Part shown: positions 8,952-17,679 of the stretch, in pieces
How the letters are laid out: every line of letters starts with the position of its first letter
How positions within the stretch are numbered: position 1 is the stretch's first letter
Origin: Gammaproteobacteria bacterium
GTDB taxonomy: Bacteria; Pseudomonadota; Gammaproteobacteria; Arenicellales; Poriferihabitantaceae
NCBI GenBank assembly: GCA_009841725.1
Contig: VYGS01000095.1
Coordinates: forward strand, 1-53,812
Length of the DNA stretch: 53,812 nucleotides
Direction: 5' to 3'
The notes under the pieces: generated by a model
Seen by the model: only the letters and a program-made list of their open reading frames with translations
Database searches by the model: none
Told to the model about the DNA's origin: nothing
Translations under genes and position numbers: made by a program

Positions 8952-9016
8952 GGTCGCCTTCTATTTCATGGTTTTTGTTGATATGAGTTGCGTTGTAAGG
9001 TACCAACCGTTTTCCG

Positions 9017-9451
9017 CTATGATTGGATTAGCATCCTCTCCTCATCATGGTCAACGCGCCACTCCTTACCTCTGTCATCGGTCAGGATCACGGTGAAAAC
9101 GGCTCTGCCAATCGAAGCAGAACACCAGTCCTTCGAATAGTCATCAATCCCGAAGTGGGCAGAGAGAACCGCCGAAACAACAGCGCCGGGTGGTGCCAGC
9201 TGCCCGACATTTCGGAGGAGTGATTTCTGACACATCCCGGCAAGAATCCGGTTCCTCTCAATGTCGAAATCAGCGGGTTCGATTCGCAGTTCCAGGAGGT
9301 CAATTGTCGCCGTCGGCAACCGGTGCTGGTACGCCAGCCAGGCATAATGCTGAGCCGAGCAGGCAAACATATGAGCGATGCCGCTGGCGAAGCTCTTGAT
9401 ATACTTGCGACCCAATTTTTTCTGCACGAATGGCATATCTGCCGTTTCCAT
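9017..9451 (-). CDS. hypothetical protein, 144 aa, no family recognised
   Basis: ATG 9451 is preceded by GGGGA at -8. It lies 3 nt after the stop of the upstream 65-aa ORF. The sequence is METADMPFVQKKLGRKYIKSFASGIAHMFACSAQHYAWLAYQH...RAVFTVILTDDRGKEWRVDHDEERMLIQS. Confidence 0.55.
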   Translation of the reverse strand: METADMPFVQKKLGRKYIKSFASGIAHMFACSAQHYAWLAYQHRLPTATIDLLELRIEPADFDIERNRILAGMCQKSLLRNVGQLAPPGAVVSAVLSAHFGIDDYSKDWCSASIGRAVFTVILTDDRGKEWRVDHDEERMLIQS

Positions 9452-9454
9452 TGA

Positions 9455-9652
9455 TCAATCCCCGCGCTTTAACTCAACCAGACAGGTATACTCCGGCTGC
9501 CAGGCGCAATCTGCCCAGTGCTCTTCGTAGCGTTTCACAAGGTCTTTCATCTCTCGGATGTTGGCGGCAGGTTCGCGACAGGCCTGAGCGCAGGTAGACA
9601 CGACATCCTGGTAGAACTCTGGAGCGACAGCACTGATGCCGCCATAATTCAT
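9455..9652 (-). CDS. hypothetical small acidic Cys-containing protein, 65 aa, no family recognised
   Basis: The track ORF 9455..9658 starts at TTG, and I prefer ATG 9652. The sequence is MNYGGISAVAPEFYQDVVSTCAQACREPAANIREMKDLVKRYEEHWADCAWQPEYTCLVELKRGD, with four Cys including CAQAC. Confidence 0.45.
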   Translation of the reverse strand: MNYGGISAVAPEFYQDVVSTCAQACREPAANIREMKDLVKRYEEHWADCAWQPEYTCLVELKRGD

Positions 9653-9739
9653 AAGCAACGCCGGAAGGCGCTCTGGGACGCTGGGGCATCAGAACCGAGA
9701 TTTTTGATGTGCAAGTATGTCAGCTGCTCAATTTCCTTG

Positions 9740-9922
9740 TCAGATGATGGACTCCTTTTGCAGCGCATTTAGCCATTTGTCGCGGGGCAGCCCGGAATAT
9801 GACGGCAAAGCCTTCCGAGCAGCATTTTCAAGTTTTTTTCTCAGAACGACCGCAATCACATCACCAAATAGGAGCTGTCTTGACGTGCCATTTTCATAGA
9901 CGGAGTTTCTCAGCTTCGTCAT
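9740..9922 (-). CDS. hypothetical 60-aa ORF; may be the 3' part of a frameshifted gene
   Basis: MTKLRNSVYENGTSRQLLFGDVIAVVLRKKLENAARKALPSYSGLPRDKWLNALQKESII. It overlaps the upstream ORF by 29 nt in a different frame. Confidence 0.3.
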   Translation of the reverse strand: MTKLRNSVYENGTSRQLLFGDVIAVVLRKKLENAARKALPSYSGLPRDKWLNALQKESII

Positions 9923-10025
9923 TCTCTTGATGGAACTCCCAGACTTCGATCTCCTTGCCGTCAGCGGTCGTCAGTCGTTCGCCGGTGTCGACGAGCCATC
10001 TAATGTGTTGGGAAGTCCAAGACAT
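9894..10025 (-). CDS. hypothetical 43-aa ORF; may be the 5' part of a frameshifted gene
   Basis: The track ORF 9894..10079 starts at TTG. The internal ATG 10025 has AGGAAAC about 10 nt upstream. The sequence is MSWTSQHIRWLVDTGERLTTADGKEIEVWEFHQENDEAEKLRL*. Confidence 0.3.
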   Translation of the reverse strand: MSWTSQHIRWLVDTGERLTTADGKEIEVWEFHQENDEAEKLRL

Positions 10026-10158
10026 CAACGATCTGTTTCCTGAGTCCCCCGTGCCACTTTGAAGTGCAACACTGAACAATATGGGATGTATTTTGTCGAC
10101 TTCCTGATCTTGAGGGCGACAATACCACGATTTATACCATTGAAAAAGTTTGCTTGGC

Positions 10159-10188
10159 GGTGCCTACCAGTGCCAGCAGGTGCCAGCG
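10159..10188. repeat. three tandem 10-bp units (GGTGCCTACC AGTGCCAGCA GGTGCCAGCG) immediately after the guaA stop
   Basis: Read directly. The core GTGCC recurs with exact 10-bp spacing. The last unit ends 5 nt (10189-10193) before the guaA stop codon (10194-10196). Confidence 0.5.
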
Positions 10189-10193
10189 TGGAA

Positions 10194-11753
10194 TCATTCC
10201 CACTCGACCGTTGCAGGCGGCTTTCCCGAAATGTCATAGGTCACCCGGCTGATTCCCCGGACCTCGTTGATGATCCGGTTGGAAACCCTGTCCAGCAAAT
10301 CGTATGGCAGGCGCTTCCAGTTTGCCGTCATGAAATCCACCGTTTCCACTGCCCGAAGCGCAATCACGTATTCGTAGGCCCGATTGTCCCCGACCACTCC
10401 CACCGACCTGACCGGCAGGAATACCGCAAACGCCTGGCTGGTCTCGTCGTAGAGATCGTGGGCGATCAACTCCTCGATGTAGATGGCATCAGCCTGCCTG
10501 AGGATGTCGGCAAATTCCCTCCTGACTTCGCCCAGGACCCGGACGCCCAGCCCAGGGCCGGGAAACGGATGCCGATTGATGAGGACATCCGGCAGACCCA
10601 GTTCCCGGCCGATCCGGCGCACCTCGTCCTTGAACAGTTCGCGCAGGGGTTCGAGGAGCTTGAGCTTCATTCTCTCCGGCAATCCGCCGACGTTGTGATG
10701 CGACTTGATCACCTTCGATTTCCCGTACTTTCCCGCCGCGGATTCGATGACGTCGGGATAGATCGTTCCTTGCGCCAGCCATTTCGCGTCGCGAATCCTG
10801 CCCGCCTCGCGCTCGAAAATCTCGATGAACAGGTTCCCGATGATCTTCCGCTTCGCTTCCGGTTCCGCCACACCCTCGAGCCTTGAGAAGAACTCCTCCT
10901 CCGCATTCACGCGGAGCACGTTGATCCCCATGTGCTCGGCGAACACCTGCATCACCTGATCTCCCTCGTTCAGCCTCAGCAAGCCCGTATCGACAAAGAT
11001 GCAGGTCAGCTGATCTCCGATCGCCTCGTGAAGCAGCGCGGCCACGACCGACGAATCGACCCCTCCGGACAGCCCGAGCACGACGTGCTCCCTTGCGACC
11101 TGTTCACGAATCAGATCGATCTGGCTGTGAATGATATTGGCCGGCGTCCAGTCGCTCCCGCATCCGCAAATCTCGTGGATGAAGCGGGACAGGATATCCC
11201 GGCCCTGCACCGTATGGCTGACCTCCGGATGAAACTGGACTCCGTAGAAATGGCGCGTCTCGTCGGCAACGATGGCGTAAGGACAACTCGGGGTCCTGCC
11301 GACCGCCCTGAACCCGGACGGCAGCGACTTGACCCGGTCTCCGTGGCTCATCCAGACCTCGAGGCTTAAATCGCCGTCCCCGGTCAGCGGACTGCCGGCC
11401 AGGATTTCGACTTCCGCGAATCCGTATTCCCTGTCCGGCGCATCCTCCACCTCTCCGCCCAGCTGCGAGACCATCGTCTGCATCCCGTAGCAGATGCCGA
11501 GTACCGGCAAGCCACTCGAGAACACCGGTTCGGGAGCCCGGATGTCGTGGTGCTCGTAGGCCGACGCATGGCTGCCTGAAAGGATAATTCCCTTGATACC
11601 CGACCAGGGTATCCGGGCCGGATCGACGTCGTACGGAAGAATCTCGCAATAGACCCCGAGCTCGCGGACCGTTCTGGCAATGAGCTGCGTGTACTGGGCA
11701 CCGAAGTCGATGACCAGGATTCCGTACTGATCGGGATGGTCCTGATGTGACAT
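10194..11753 (-). CDS. guaA: glutamine-hydrolysing GMP synthase
   Basis: ORF 10194..11786, with the start at ATG 11753 ([27 protein letters not shown]...). It has the GATase domain, the PP-loop [11 protein letters not shown], and a C-terminal ...[10 protein letters not shown]. Confidence 0.97.
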   Translation of the reverse strand: MSHQDHPDQYGILVIDFGAQYTQLIARTVRELGVYCEILPYDVDPARIPWSGIKGIILSGSHASAYEHHDIRAPEPVFSSGLPVLGICYGMQTMVSQLGGEVEDAPDREYGFAEVEILAGSPLTGDGDLSLEVWMSHGDRVKSLPSGFRAVGRTPSCPYAIVADETRHFYGVQFHPEVSHTVQGRDILSRFIHEICGCGSDWTPANIIHSQIDLIREQVAREHVVLGLSGGVDSSVVAALLHEAIGDQLTCIFVDTGLLRLNEGDQVMQVFAEHMGINVLRVNAEEEFFSRLEGVAEPEAKRKIIGNLFIEIFEREAGRIRDAKWLAQGTIYPDVIESAAGKYGKSKVIKSHHNVGGLPERMKLKLLEPLRELFKDEVRRIGRELGLPDVLINRHPFPGPGLGVRVLGEVRREFADILRQADAIYIEELIAHDLYDETSQAFAVFLPVRSVGVVGDNRAYEYVIALRAVETVDFMTANWKRLPYDLLDRVSNRIINEVRGISRVTYDISGKPPATVEWE

Positions 11754-11902
11754 GGAACGGTTTCTGTCCAATAAAGGCGATTGCAAGAAAACCCCCTCAG
11801 GCCGGGCTCATTTCCGTGCGCACCGTGCGACAATCCAGATCCGGCATGGCCCACCCCGAAAAACCGCCCGACGTTCTCGCCGGGGATCGCTCTTCACGGC
11901 GG

Positions 11903-13360
11903 CTATCTTGTCCAGTAATTGGGCGCCTCCTTGACGATCGACACGTCGTGGACATGGCTTTCGACCATTCCCGCGCTGGTGATGCGCACGACCCTGGCAT
12001 GTTTTTGCATGTGCGGGATGTCGGGACTGCCGGTATAACCCATGCTCGCGCGCACGCCGCCCATCAACTGGTGAATGATGTTGATCGCCGGCCCCTTGTA
12101 CGGCACCCGGCCCTCTATGCCTTCTGGCACAAGCTTGTCCGCACTGTCGACCCTCTGCTGGAAATACCGGTCCCGCGAGCCTTTCTGCATCGCCCCGATC
12201 GAGCCCATCCCCCGGTAGGACTTGTAGGGACGCTCCTGATACATCTCGATGTCTCCGGGCGACTCGTCGGTTCCGGCCAGCATGCTGCCGACCATGATCG
12301 AGTCGACTCCGCAGGCAATGCACTTGGCGATGTCACCGGAATAGCGGATGCCCCCGTCCGCGATCACCGGGGTATCGGTGCCCTTCAGCACCGAAGTCAC
12401 CTGGCTGATCGCGTAGACCTGGGGCACGCCCACACCCGCGACAATTCGGGTCGTGCAGATCGAGCCCGGACCGATTCCGACTTTCACGGCATCGGCGCCG
12501 GCATCGACCAGATCCCGTGCCGCCTGGGAGGTCGCGATGTTTCCTCCGACCACCTGGACGTCGTATTCCTTCTTGATGGCCGCTATCCGCTCCATCACGC
12601 TCAGCGAATGGCCGTGCGCCGTATCCACGACCAGAGCGTCCACGCCGGCCCCGACCAGCAATTCGACGCGCTCGTCGGTATCTGGCCCGACACCGACCGC
12701 GGCCGCAACCAGCAACCGGCCGCCGTCATCCCGGCAGGCATTCGGAAAATCGCTCGATTTCTGGATATCCTTGACCGTGATCAGCCCCTTCAGCTCGAAA
12801 TCCTCCCCGACCACCAGAACCTTCTCGATCCGGTGGCGGTGAAGCAGTCCCTTGATTTCGTCCATGGACGCACCTTCCCGCACAGTCACCAGCCGCTCTC
12901 TGGGTGTCATCAGTTCGGATATCGGCGTTCGGGGATTTTCCTCGAACCGCAAGTCACGGCTCGTGATGATGCCGATGACGAGGGGTCCCTCGACAACCGG
13001 CACCCCCGATATGTCATGCTCCTGCATGAGGGCGGTGACATCCTCGACCCGAGCAAAAGCTCCCACGGTCAGGGGGTCGGTGATCATCCCGCTTTCGAAT
13101 TTCTTGACCTTGACGACCTGATTCGCCTGTTCGGCCGGAGCCAGGTTTCGGTGAATCACACCGACACCCCCCTCCTGGGCAATGGAGATCGCCATGCCGG
13201 CGTCCGTCACCGTGTCCATGGCGGCCGAGATCAGAGGAATGTTCAGCCTCAGCTTGCGCGTGAAACGGGTCTCCAGGTTCACGTCACCCGGGAGAATTGA
13301 CGACTTCGCGGGAATCAGAAGGATGTCGTCGAAGGTGAGTGCCAGATCAATCGGTTCCAT
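11903..13360 (-). CDS. guaB: IMP dehydrogenase
   Basis: ORF 11903..13495, with the start at ATG 13360 ([20 protein letters not shown]...). It has the CBS pair and the catalytic loop [14 protein letters not shown]. It lies directly upstream of guaA. Confidence 0.97.
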   Translation of the reverse strand: MEPIDLALTFDDILLIPAKSSILPGDVNLETRFTRKLRLNIPLISAAMDTVTDAGMAISIAQEGGVGVIHRNLAPAEQANQVVKVKKFESGMITDPLTVGAFARVEDVTALMQEHDISGVPVVEGPLVIGIITSRDLRFEENPRTPISELMTPRERLVTVREGASMDEIKGLLHRHRIEKVLVVGEDFELKGLITVKDIQKSSDFPNACRDDGGRLLVAAAVGVGPDTDERVELLVGAGVDALVVDTAHGHSLSVMERIAAIKKEYDVQVVGGNIATSQAARDLVDAGADAVKVGIGPGSICTTRIVAGVGVPQVYAISQVTSVLKGTDTPVIADGGIRYSGDIAKCIACGVDSIMVGSMLAGTDESPGDIEMYQERPYKSYRGMGSIGAMQKGSRDRYFQQRVDSADKLVPEGIEGRVPYKGPAINIIHQLMGGVRASMGYTGSPDIPHMQKHARVVRITSAGMVESHVHDVSIVKEAPNYWTR

Positions 13361-13591
13361 CGGCGAATTATACCCTCTTGCTCGTGTTCCGAAAACCATT
13401 AATCTCCATGCGTTGACAGTCCGTCGAGAATTGTGTTTATGATGCGAACGATGGGCATTTTTCAGAAAATTCGGTGGTTTTTCAGCGGCAAGCAAGGCCG
13501 ATTCGCCATCCGGAATCCGGTTCCGGCTTTCCCGGCAACGCAGGGCTTCACGGGACTGAAGACGCGGCCGGAGATGATGGACCGCTAGGCT

Positions 13592-14776
13592 ATGGGAGAG
13601 CGGATACGCAACAGGCAGTGGGCCGGAAAATACCTGGATCTGGGAACCAGGCCGCTGTCCACAGAACCCTATATCTCAAAGGAGCACTTCGAGAGAGAAA
13701 GAGAGAGAATCTTCGGCCGAACGTGGCTCAACGTCGGGCGCGTCGAAGATCTCCCGGAGACAGGCGGTTACTTCGCCCGGGACATCCCGGCCGGCCGAGC
13801 ATCCGTGCTGATCGTCCGGGGTCCGGACCGAAAGATTCGCGGCTTCCACAATGTCTGCTCGCACCGAGGCACCCGCATGGTGCGGGATGATGGCCGGGCG
13901 CGGCGAGGCACGAAAATCCTCTGCCCTTACCACCACTGGCTCTACGACGGCGCAGGAGACCTCGTCAACATCCCGGACGAAGAGAACTTCTTCGATCTCG
14001 ACAAGACCTGCCACGGACTCTCCCCGGTGCACACCGATGTCCGGCAGGGTTTCATATTTGTCAATCTGGCCGCAGACCCGCCGCAGACCCTTGCAGACTA
14101 CCTTGGCGAAGTCATGGAACCGCTCGACGGCTGTCCCTTTCATGAAATGAAGCGGAACTTCACCTACCGGGTCGAGGTCAACACGAACTGGAAACTGCTC
14201 TTCGACGGACAGAACGAGTTCTACCATCTACCCATTCTGCATCGCCACATCATGGGTAATGATTTCGTAACGAATGCACGAGGACACCACCGCTGGCGGG
14301 ACCTGCGCCTCTACGCCTGCCACAGCTTCAGTGCCGTGGATTTTCCGTCGTACCGGACGGTCACCCCCCTGCGCATCGCCCTGGCCTCCGACCTCTACGA
14401 GACGCCCGAATTCCGAATTCCCGGAATGACCGGCGATATGGACCAATACACGTTGTTTCCGAACCTGACCATCGAAATCGTCAAGCTGGCCCGAACCTCG
14501 GTCTGCGTCACCTACACCGTCTGGCCGATCGAGGTCGGCCGGACGCTCTGGGAAGTGCGGTTTCATTTCAAGGAGCCGGCATCCGTCAGGGATCATCTGC
14601 GGCAGCAGTCATTCAGACGCGTTTCGCTCGACATCCTTCAGGAGGACGTGTTTGCCGCGGAAAGCGTTTACGCGGGACTGGCCTCGCGCGCGAAGTCCCA
14701 CATGATCCTTCAGGATTCCGAGATCATCCTGCGCCATCGCCAGAAGGTGGTGGAAGACTTCATCGGCGGCCCGTAA
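13592..14776 (+). CDS. Rieske [2Fe-2S] non-haem-iron oxygenase, alpha subunit type
   Basis: The Rieske motif is CSHRGTRMV...CPYHHWLY. The mononuclear-iron motif is [10 protein letters not shown] (E-x2-H-x4-H). The N-terminal region [14 protein letters not shown] is typical. Confidence 0.9.
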   Translation: MGERIRNRQWAGKYLDLGTRPLSTEPYISKEHFERERERIFGRTWLNVGRVEDLPETGGYFARDIPAGRASVLIVRGPDRKIRGFHNVCSHRGTRMVRDDGRARRGTKILCPYHHWLYDGAGDLVNIPDEENFFDLDKTCHGLSPVHTDVRQGFIFVNLAADPPQTLADYLGEVMEPLDGCPFHEMKRNFTYRVEVNTNWKLLFDGQNEFYHLPILHRHIMGNDFVTNARGHHRWRDLRLYACHSFSAVDFPSYRTVTPLRIALASDLYETPEFRIPGMTGDMDQYTLFPNLTIEIVKLARTSVCVTYTVWPIEVGRTLWEVRFHFKEPASVRDHLRQQSFRRVSLDILQEDVFAAESVYAGLASRAKSHMILQDSEIILRHRQKVVEDFIGGP

Positions 14777-15096
14777 TGAGTGGGTCAAGGTTGCCGACGG
14801 AATTTGCGAGCCTGGAGCCGTATGTCGGCTGGTCGCTGGAATCCGAGCGCGAGCGGGTCGACCGCAAGCTCGCGAGCTCGCCAGACGAAATACGATCGTT
14901 CTACGACACCATGATGGGGCGGATCAACGTGGTGCTGGACTATCTGGACAAGCAATGGGGAGAGGACATGTCCGCCCCCGATCAACGCCTCCAACTGCTT
15001 CTGCTGTCTCTGGTCGAAATCTCCACATTCGTGGAGCTTTATGGCCTGCAGGAAGCGGAACACGCATGCGAGCAGCGTCGGTTCGTCCGGATCTAG
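14776..15096 (+). CDS. hypothetical acidic 106-aa protein translationally coupled to the Rieske oxygenase
   Basis: The ATG overlaps the upstream TAA (TAATG at 14774-14778). The sequence [59 protein letters not shown]... does not resemble a dioxygenase beta subunit, a ferredoxin or a reductase. Confidence 0.6.
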   Translation: MSGSRLPTEFASLEPYVGWSLESERERVDRKLASSPDEIRSFYDTMMGRINVVLDYLDKQWGEDMSAPDQRLQLLLLSLVEISTFVELYGLQEAEHACEQRRFVRI

Positions 15097-15426
15097 ATGT
15101 CTCGGCTCTGCCGACCACCATCTTGTGGCGACGGCATCCGGGAGGCGAAGATGGGCGAGCCGGGTCGCAGGCACGTGCGCAGAAGTCCGGCCGAAATGAA
15201 GCCGCCTGATGGCGGGATGCGAAGGGGATGATGCGATCCATCGGGAGTTTTGCACCGCCTGCGGCCTATGCAAGATCCGCTCCAGCCTGTCTGAACAGGT
15301 CGTGAATGCACCATCGACATCCCGCAACGACAAGGTTCATGTCGAACCACTGCAATCATGTATAATTTTGGATATGTTCGGCATGATGACCTGCCGGTAA
15401 CCTATTGTTCTGAACAGAATCCGACA

Positions 15427-17604
15427 ATGCTTCCTACGCGTCCCGTCCGCTTCTTTCCGTCTCGCCCGGTCCTGAGTGCCGCTCTGTCGGCATTGTGCAT
15501 TCTCTGCTCGGGTTGGCTCGGCGCAGCCCACGTGCCGGGTTCGCTTGCACAGCCGGACATTGTCGAGCCCGACCAGTCCCAGACACGGATCATCAAGCTG
15601 GTGAATTATGTCATCGAAAAGGCCCACTATCTGGACATCGAGCTTGACGATGGCATGTCCGAAAGAATCTTCGACCGGTACATCGACCTCCTGGACCCGT
15701 CAAAACTTTTCTTCCTGGCCGGAGACATCCGCCATTTTCAGGAGCAGGGCCTGCACCGCCGGCTTGACGATGACATCAAGATCGGCAAGCTTGACGCGGC
15801 CTTCGATATCTTCAACCTCTATCAGCAGCGTGTTCACGAACGCGTCGAATTCGCCCTGGCACGCCTCGATCAGCCCTTCGATTTCACGGTCGACGAGGAT
15901 CTCGAGATTGATCGGCAGAATTCCAAGTGGGTCGAGTCGACCGATGCAATCGACGACTACTGGAGAAAACGGATCAAGAACGACATCATCAACCTCAGGC
16001 TTTCCGACAAGGAGGAGGCCGAAATCAGGGAACTGCTTGCAAAGCGCTATACCAACATCGCCAACCAGTCGGCGCAGGTGGACGCCAACGATGTCTTCGA
16101 GATTTTCGTCAACACCTATGCCGGCGCGGTCGATCCCAACACGAATTACTACTCTCCGATTCGCGCCGAGAATTTCAGGATACAGATGAGCCTCTCCCTC
16201 CAGGGTATCGGCGCCGTGCTTCAACTGGAAGACGGTTATGTCGTGGTAAAGCGGGTCATTCCCGGCGGTCCTGTCGAGCGGTCGGGCGAACTCAAGCCCG
16301 ATGACCGGATCATTGGCGTCGGACAGGAGGACGGTGACATCGTGGACGTCGTCGGCTGGAAACTCGACGATGTCGTGAAGCTGATTCGCGGACCCAAGCA
16401 CACGGTCGTCCGGCTTGAAATCCTTCCGGCTGAAACCGGCCTGACCGGCAAGTCCCGGATCACCGCGCTCACCCGGGACAACATCAGGCTGGAGGAGCAG
16501 GCCGCGCGCAGCAACATTCTGGAAATCAACACCGAGCGCGGGCCGTCGAAAATCGGCCTCGTCAGCCTCCCGACCTTCTATACCGGGATGTCGGCTCAGG
16601 CCCGCAGCGACTCGTCCGGAAGCAGTACCACGCAGGACGTCCGGGAACTGGTGGAAGATCTGAAGGGACAGGATATCGACGGGCTCATCATCGACCTGCG
16701 GGGCAATGGAGGCGGCGCATTGACCGAAGCGATCAACCTGACCGGCCTTTTCATTCCGGATGGACCCGTCGTCCAGATCCAGAACGCCTCCGGTCATACG
16801 GAAATCGACTATGACAAGAATTCCGACATCGCCTATGACGGACCCCTGATGGTTCTGGTTGACCGGTACAGCGCGAGCGCATCGGAAATTTTCTCGGGCG
16901 CCATTCAGGACTACAACCGGGGACTGGTGGTCGGCGAGCCGACCTACGGAAAGGGAACCGTGCAGAACATCGTCAACCTGAACAATCTGGTCAAGTCGGA
17001 CGATGCGCTCGGGCAGGTGAAAATCACCACCGGGCAGTTTTTCCGCATCAACGGTGACAGCACGCAGTACCGGGGGGTTATCCCGGACATCATGTGGACG
17101 ACGAACCGGAACGTCGAAGGATCCGATGACGACAACGGAGAGAGGGGCTATGAAAACGCCATTCCATGGAGGCGGATCAATGAGGCCAGATACTATCCCT
17201 ACCAGTCCGAGGTTCCTCAGCCGGTCATCGATCAGGTGATCGACAACCACGAGAACCGGGTGGCAGCCAGTCCCTACTTCACCTACACCGCCAAGATCAA
17301 CGAACTGTACCGGGAAAACCTGGTGCAAGAGCGGATCAGTCTTTCCGAATCCGTCCGCAAGGAGGAAAATCGGCAGCACAACGAGCAACTCGAAACGTTC
17401 GAGAATAGCCGGAAGGAAGCGCTGGAATTCCTGCAGTCGGACTCGGACAGGCTCATCAATCTGTCCACGAATCAGCCCGACACGGCGGAATCGGACGAAT
17501 CGGCGGAATACCTGATCGAAGCGGCACATATCCTGCTTGACAGCATTCATATCCAGAGGCTTGCCGGCGGATACCCGCATGACCGCTCGAGACGTGAATC
17601 CTGA
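15427..17604 (+). CDS. prc: carboxy-terminal processing (tail-specific) protease, S41 family
   Basis: ORF 15358..17604; ATG 15427 gives a signal-like N-terminus (MLPTRPVRFFPSRPVLSAALSALCILCSG...). It has a PDZ region and S41 catalytic motifs (RYSASASEIFSGA and PTYGKGTVQ). Confidence 0.88.
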   Translation: MLPTRPVRFFPSRPVLSAALSALCILCSGWLGAAHVPGSLAQPDIVEPDQSQTRIIKLVNYVIEKAHYLDIELDDGMSERIFDRYIDLLDPSKLFFLAGDIRHFQEQGLHRRLDDDIKIGKLDAAFDIFNLYQQRVHERVEFALARLDQPFDFTVDEDLEIDRQNSKWVESTDAIDDYWRKRIKNDIINLRLSDKEEAEIRELLAKRYTNIANQSAQVDANDVFEIFVNTYAGAVDPNTNYYSPIRAENFRIQMSLSLQGIGAVLQLEDGYVVVKRVIPGGPVERSGELKPDDRIIGVGQEDGDIVDVVGWKLDDVVKLIRGPKHTVVRLEILPAETGLTGKSRITALTRDNIRLEEQAARSNILEINTERGPSKIGLVSLPTFYTGMSAQARSDSSGSSTTQDVRELVEDLKGQDIDGLIIDLRGNGGGALTEAINLTGLFIPDGPVVQIQNASGHTEIDYDKNSDIAYDGPLMVLVDRYSASASEIFSGAIQDYNRGLVVGEPTYGKGTVQNIVNLNNLVKSDDALGQVKITTGQFFRINGDSTQYRGVIPDIMWTTNRNVEGSDDDNGERGYENAIPWRRINEARYYPYQSEVPQPVIDQVIDNHENRVAASPYFTYTAKINELYRENLVQERISLSESVRKEENRQHNEQLETFENSRKEALEFLQSDSDRLINLSTNQPDTAESDESAEYLIEAAHILLDSIHIQRLAGGYPHDRSRRES

Positions 17605-17679
17605 CCGCCTGAATATCCTCTGAGCCCGACGAGCAGAGCGCCGAAGAATCCTTTCGGCAGGATCGGGCATTCGACCCAT

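Larger units (their letters stand above)
7914..10193 (-). other. accessory islet between guaA and tadA (TA module, DUF2188, unknown small ORFs); no mobility gene present
   Basis: All ORFs are short, on the minus strand and non-housekeeping. Hand counts of G+C per 60-nt line are 23/60 (8941-9000), 27/60 (9841-9900) and 32/60 (9061-9120), against 37/60 in guaA (10201-10260). Confidence 0.5.

Noticed and set aside
11747-13300. 517-aa + strand ORF
   Set aside because: It is antisense to guaB. It is a shadow ORF.
15209-15400. 63-aa ORF in the 330-nt GC-rich spacer after the Rieske operon. It encodes FCTACGLCKIRSS, a C-x2-C-G-x-C ferredoxin-like start, which was tempting as the missing electron donor.
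   Set aside because: The fourth Cys-Pro of a 4Fe-4S motif is absent (…KIRSS), there is no second cluster and I found no SD. The rest of the product looks random, and such a tri-Cys pattern arises easily in GC-rich sequence. It could be a decayed ferredoxin relic at best.
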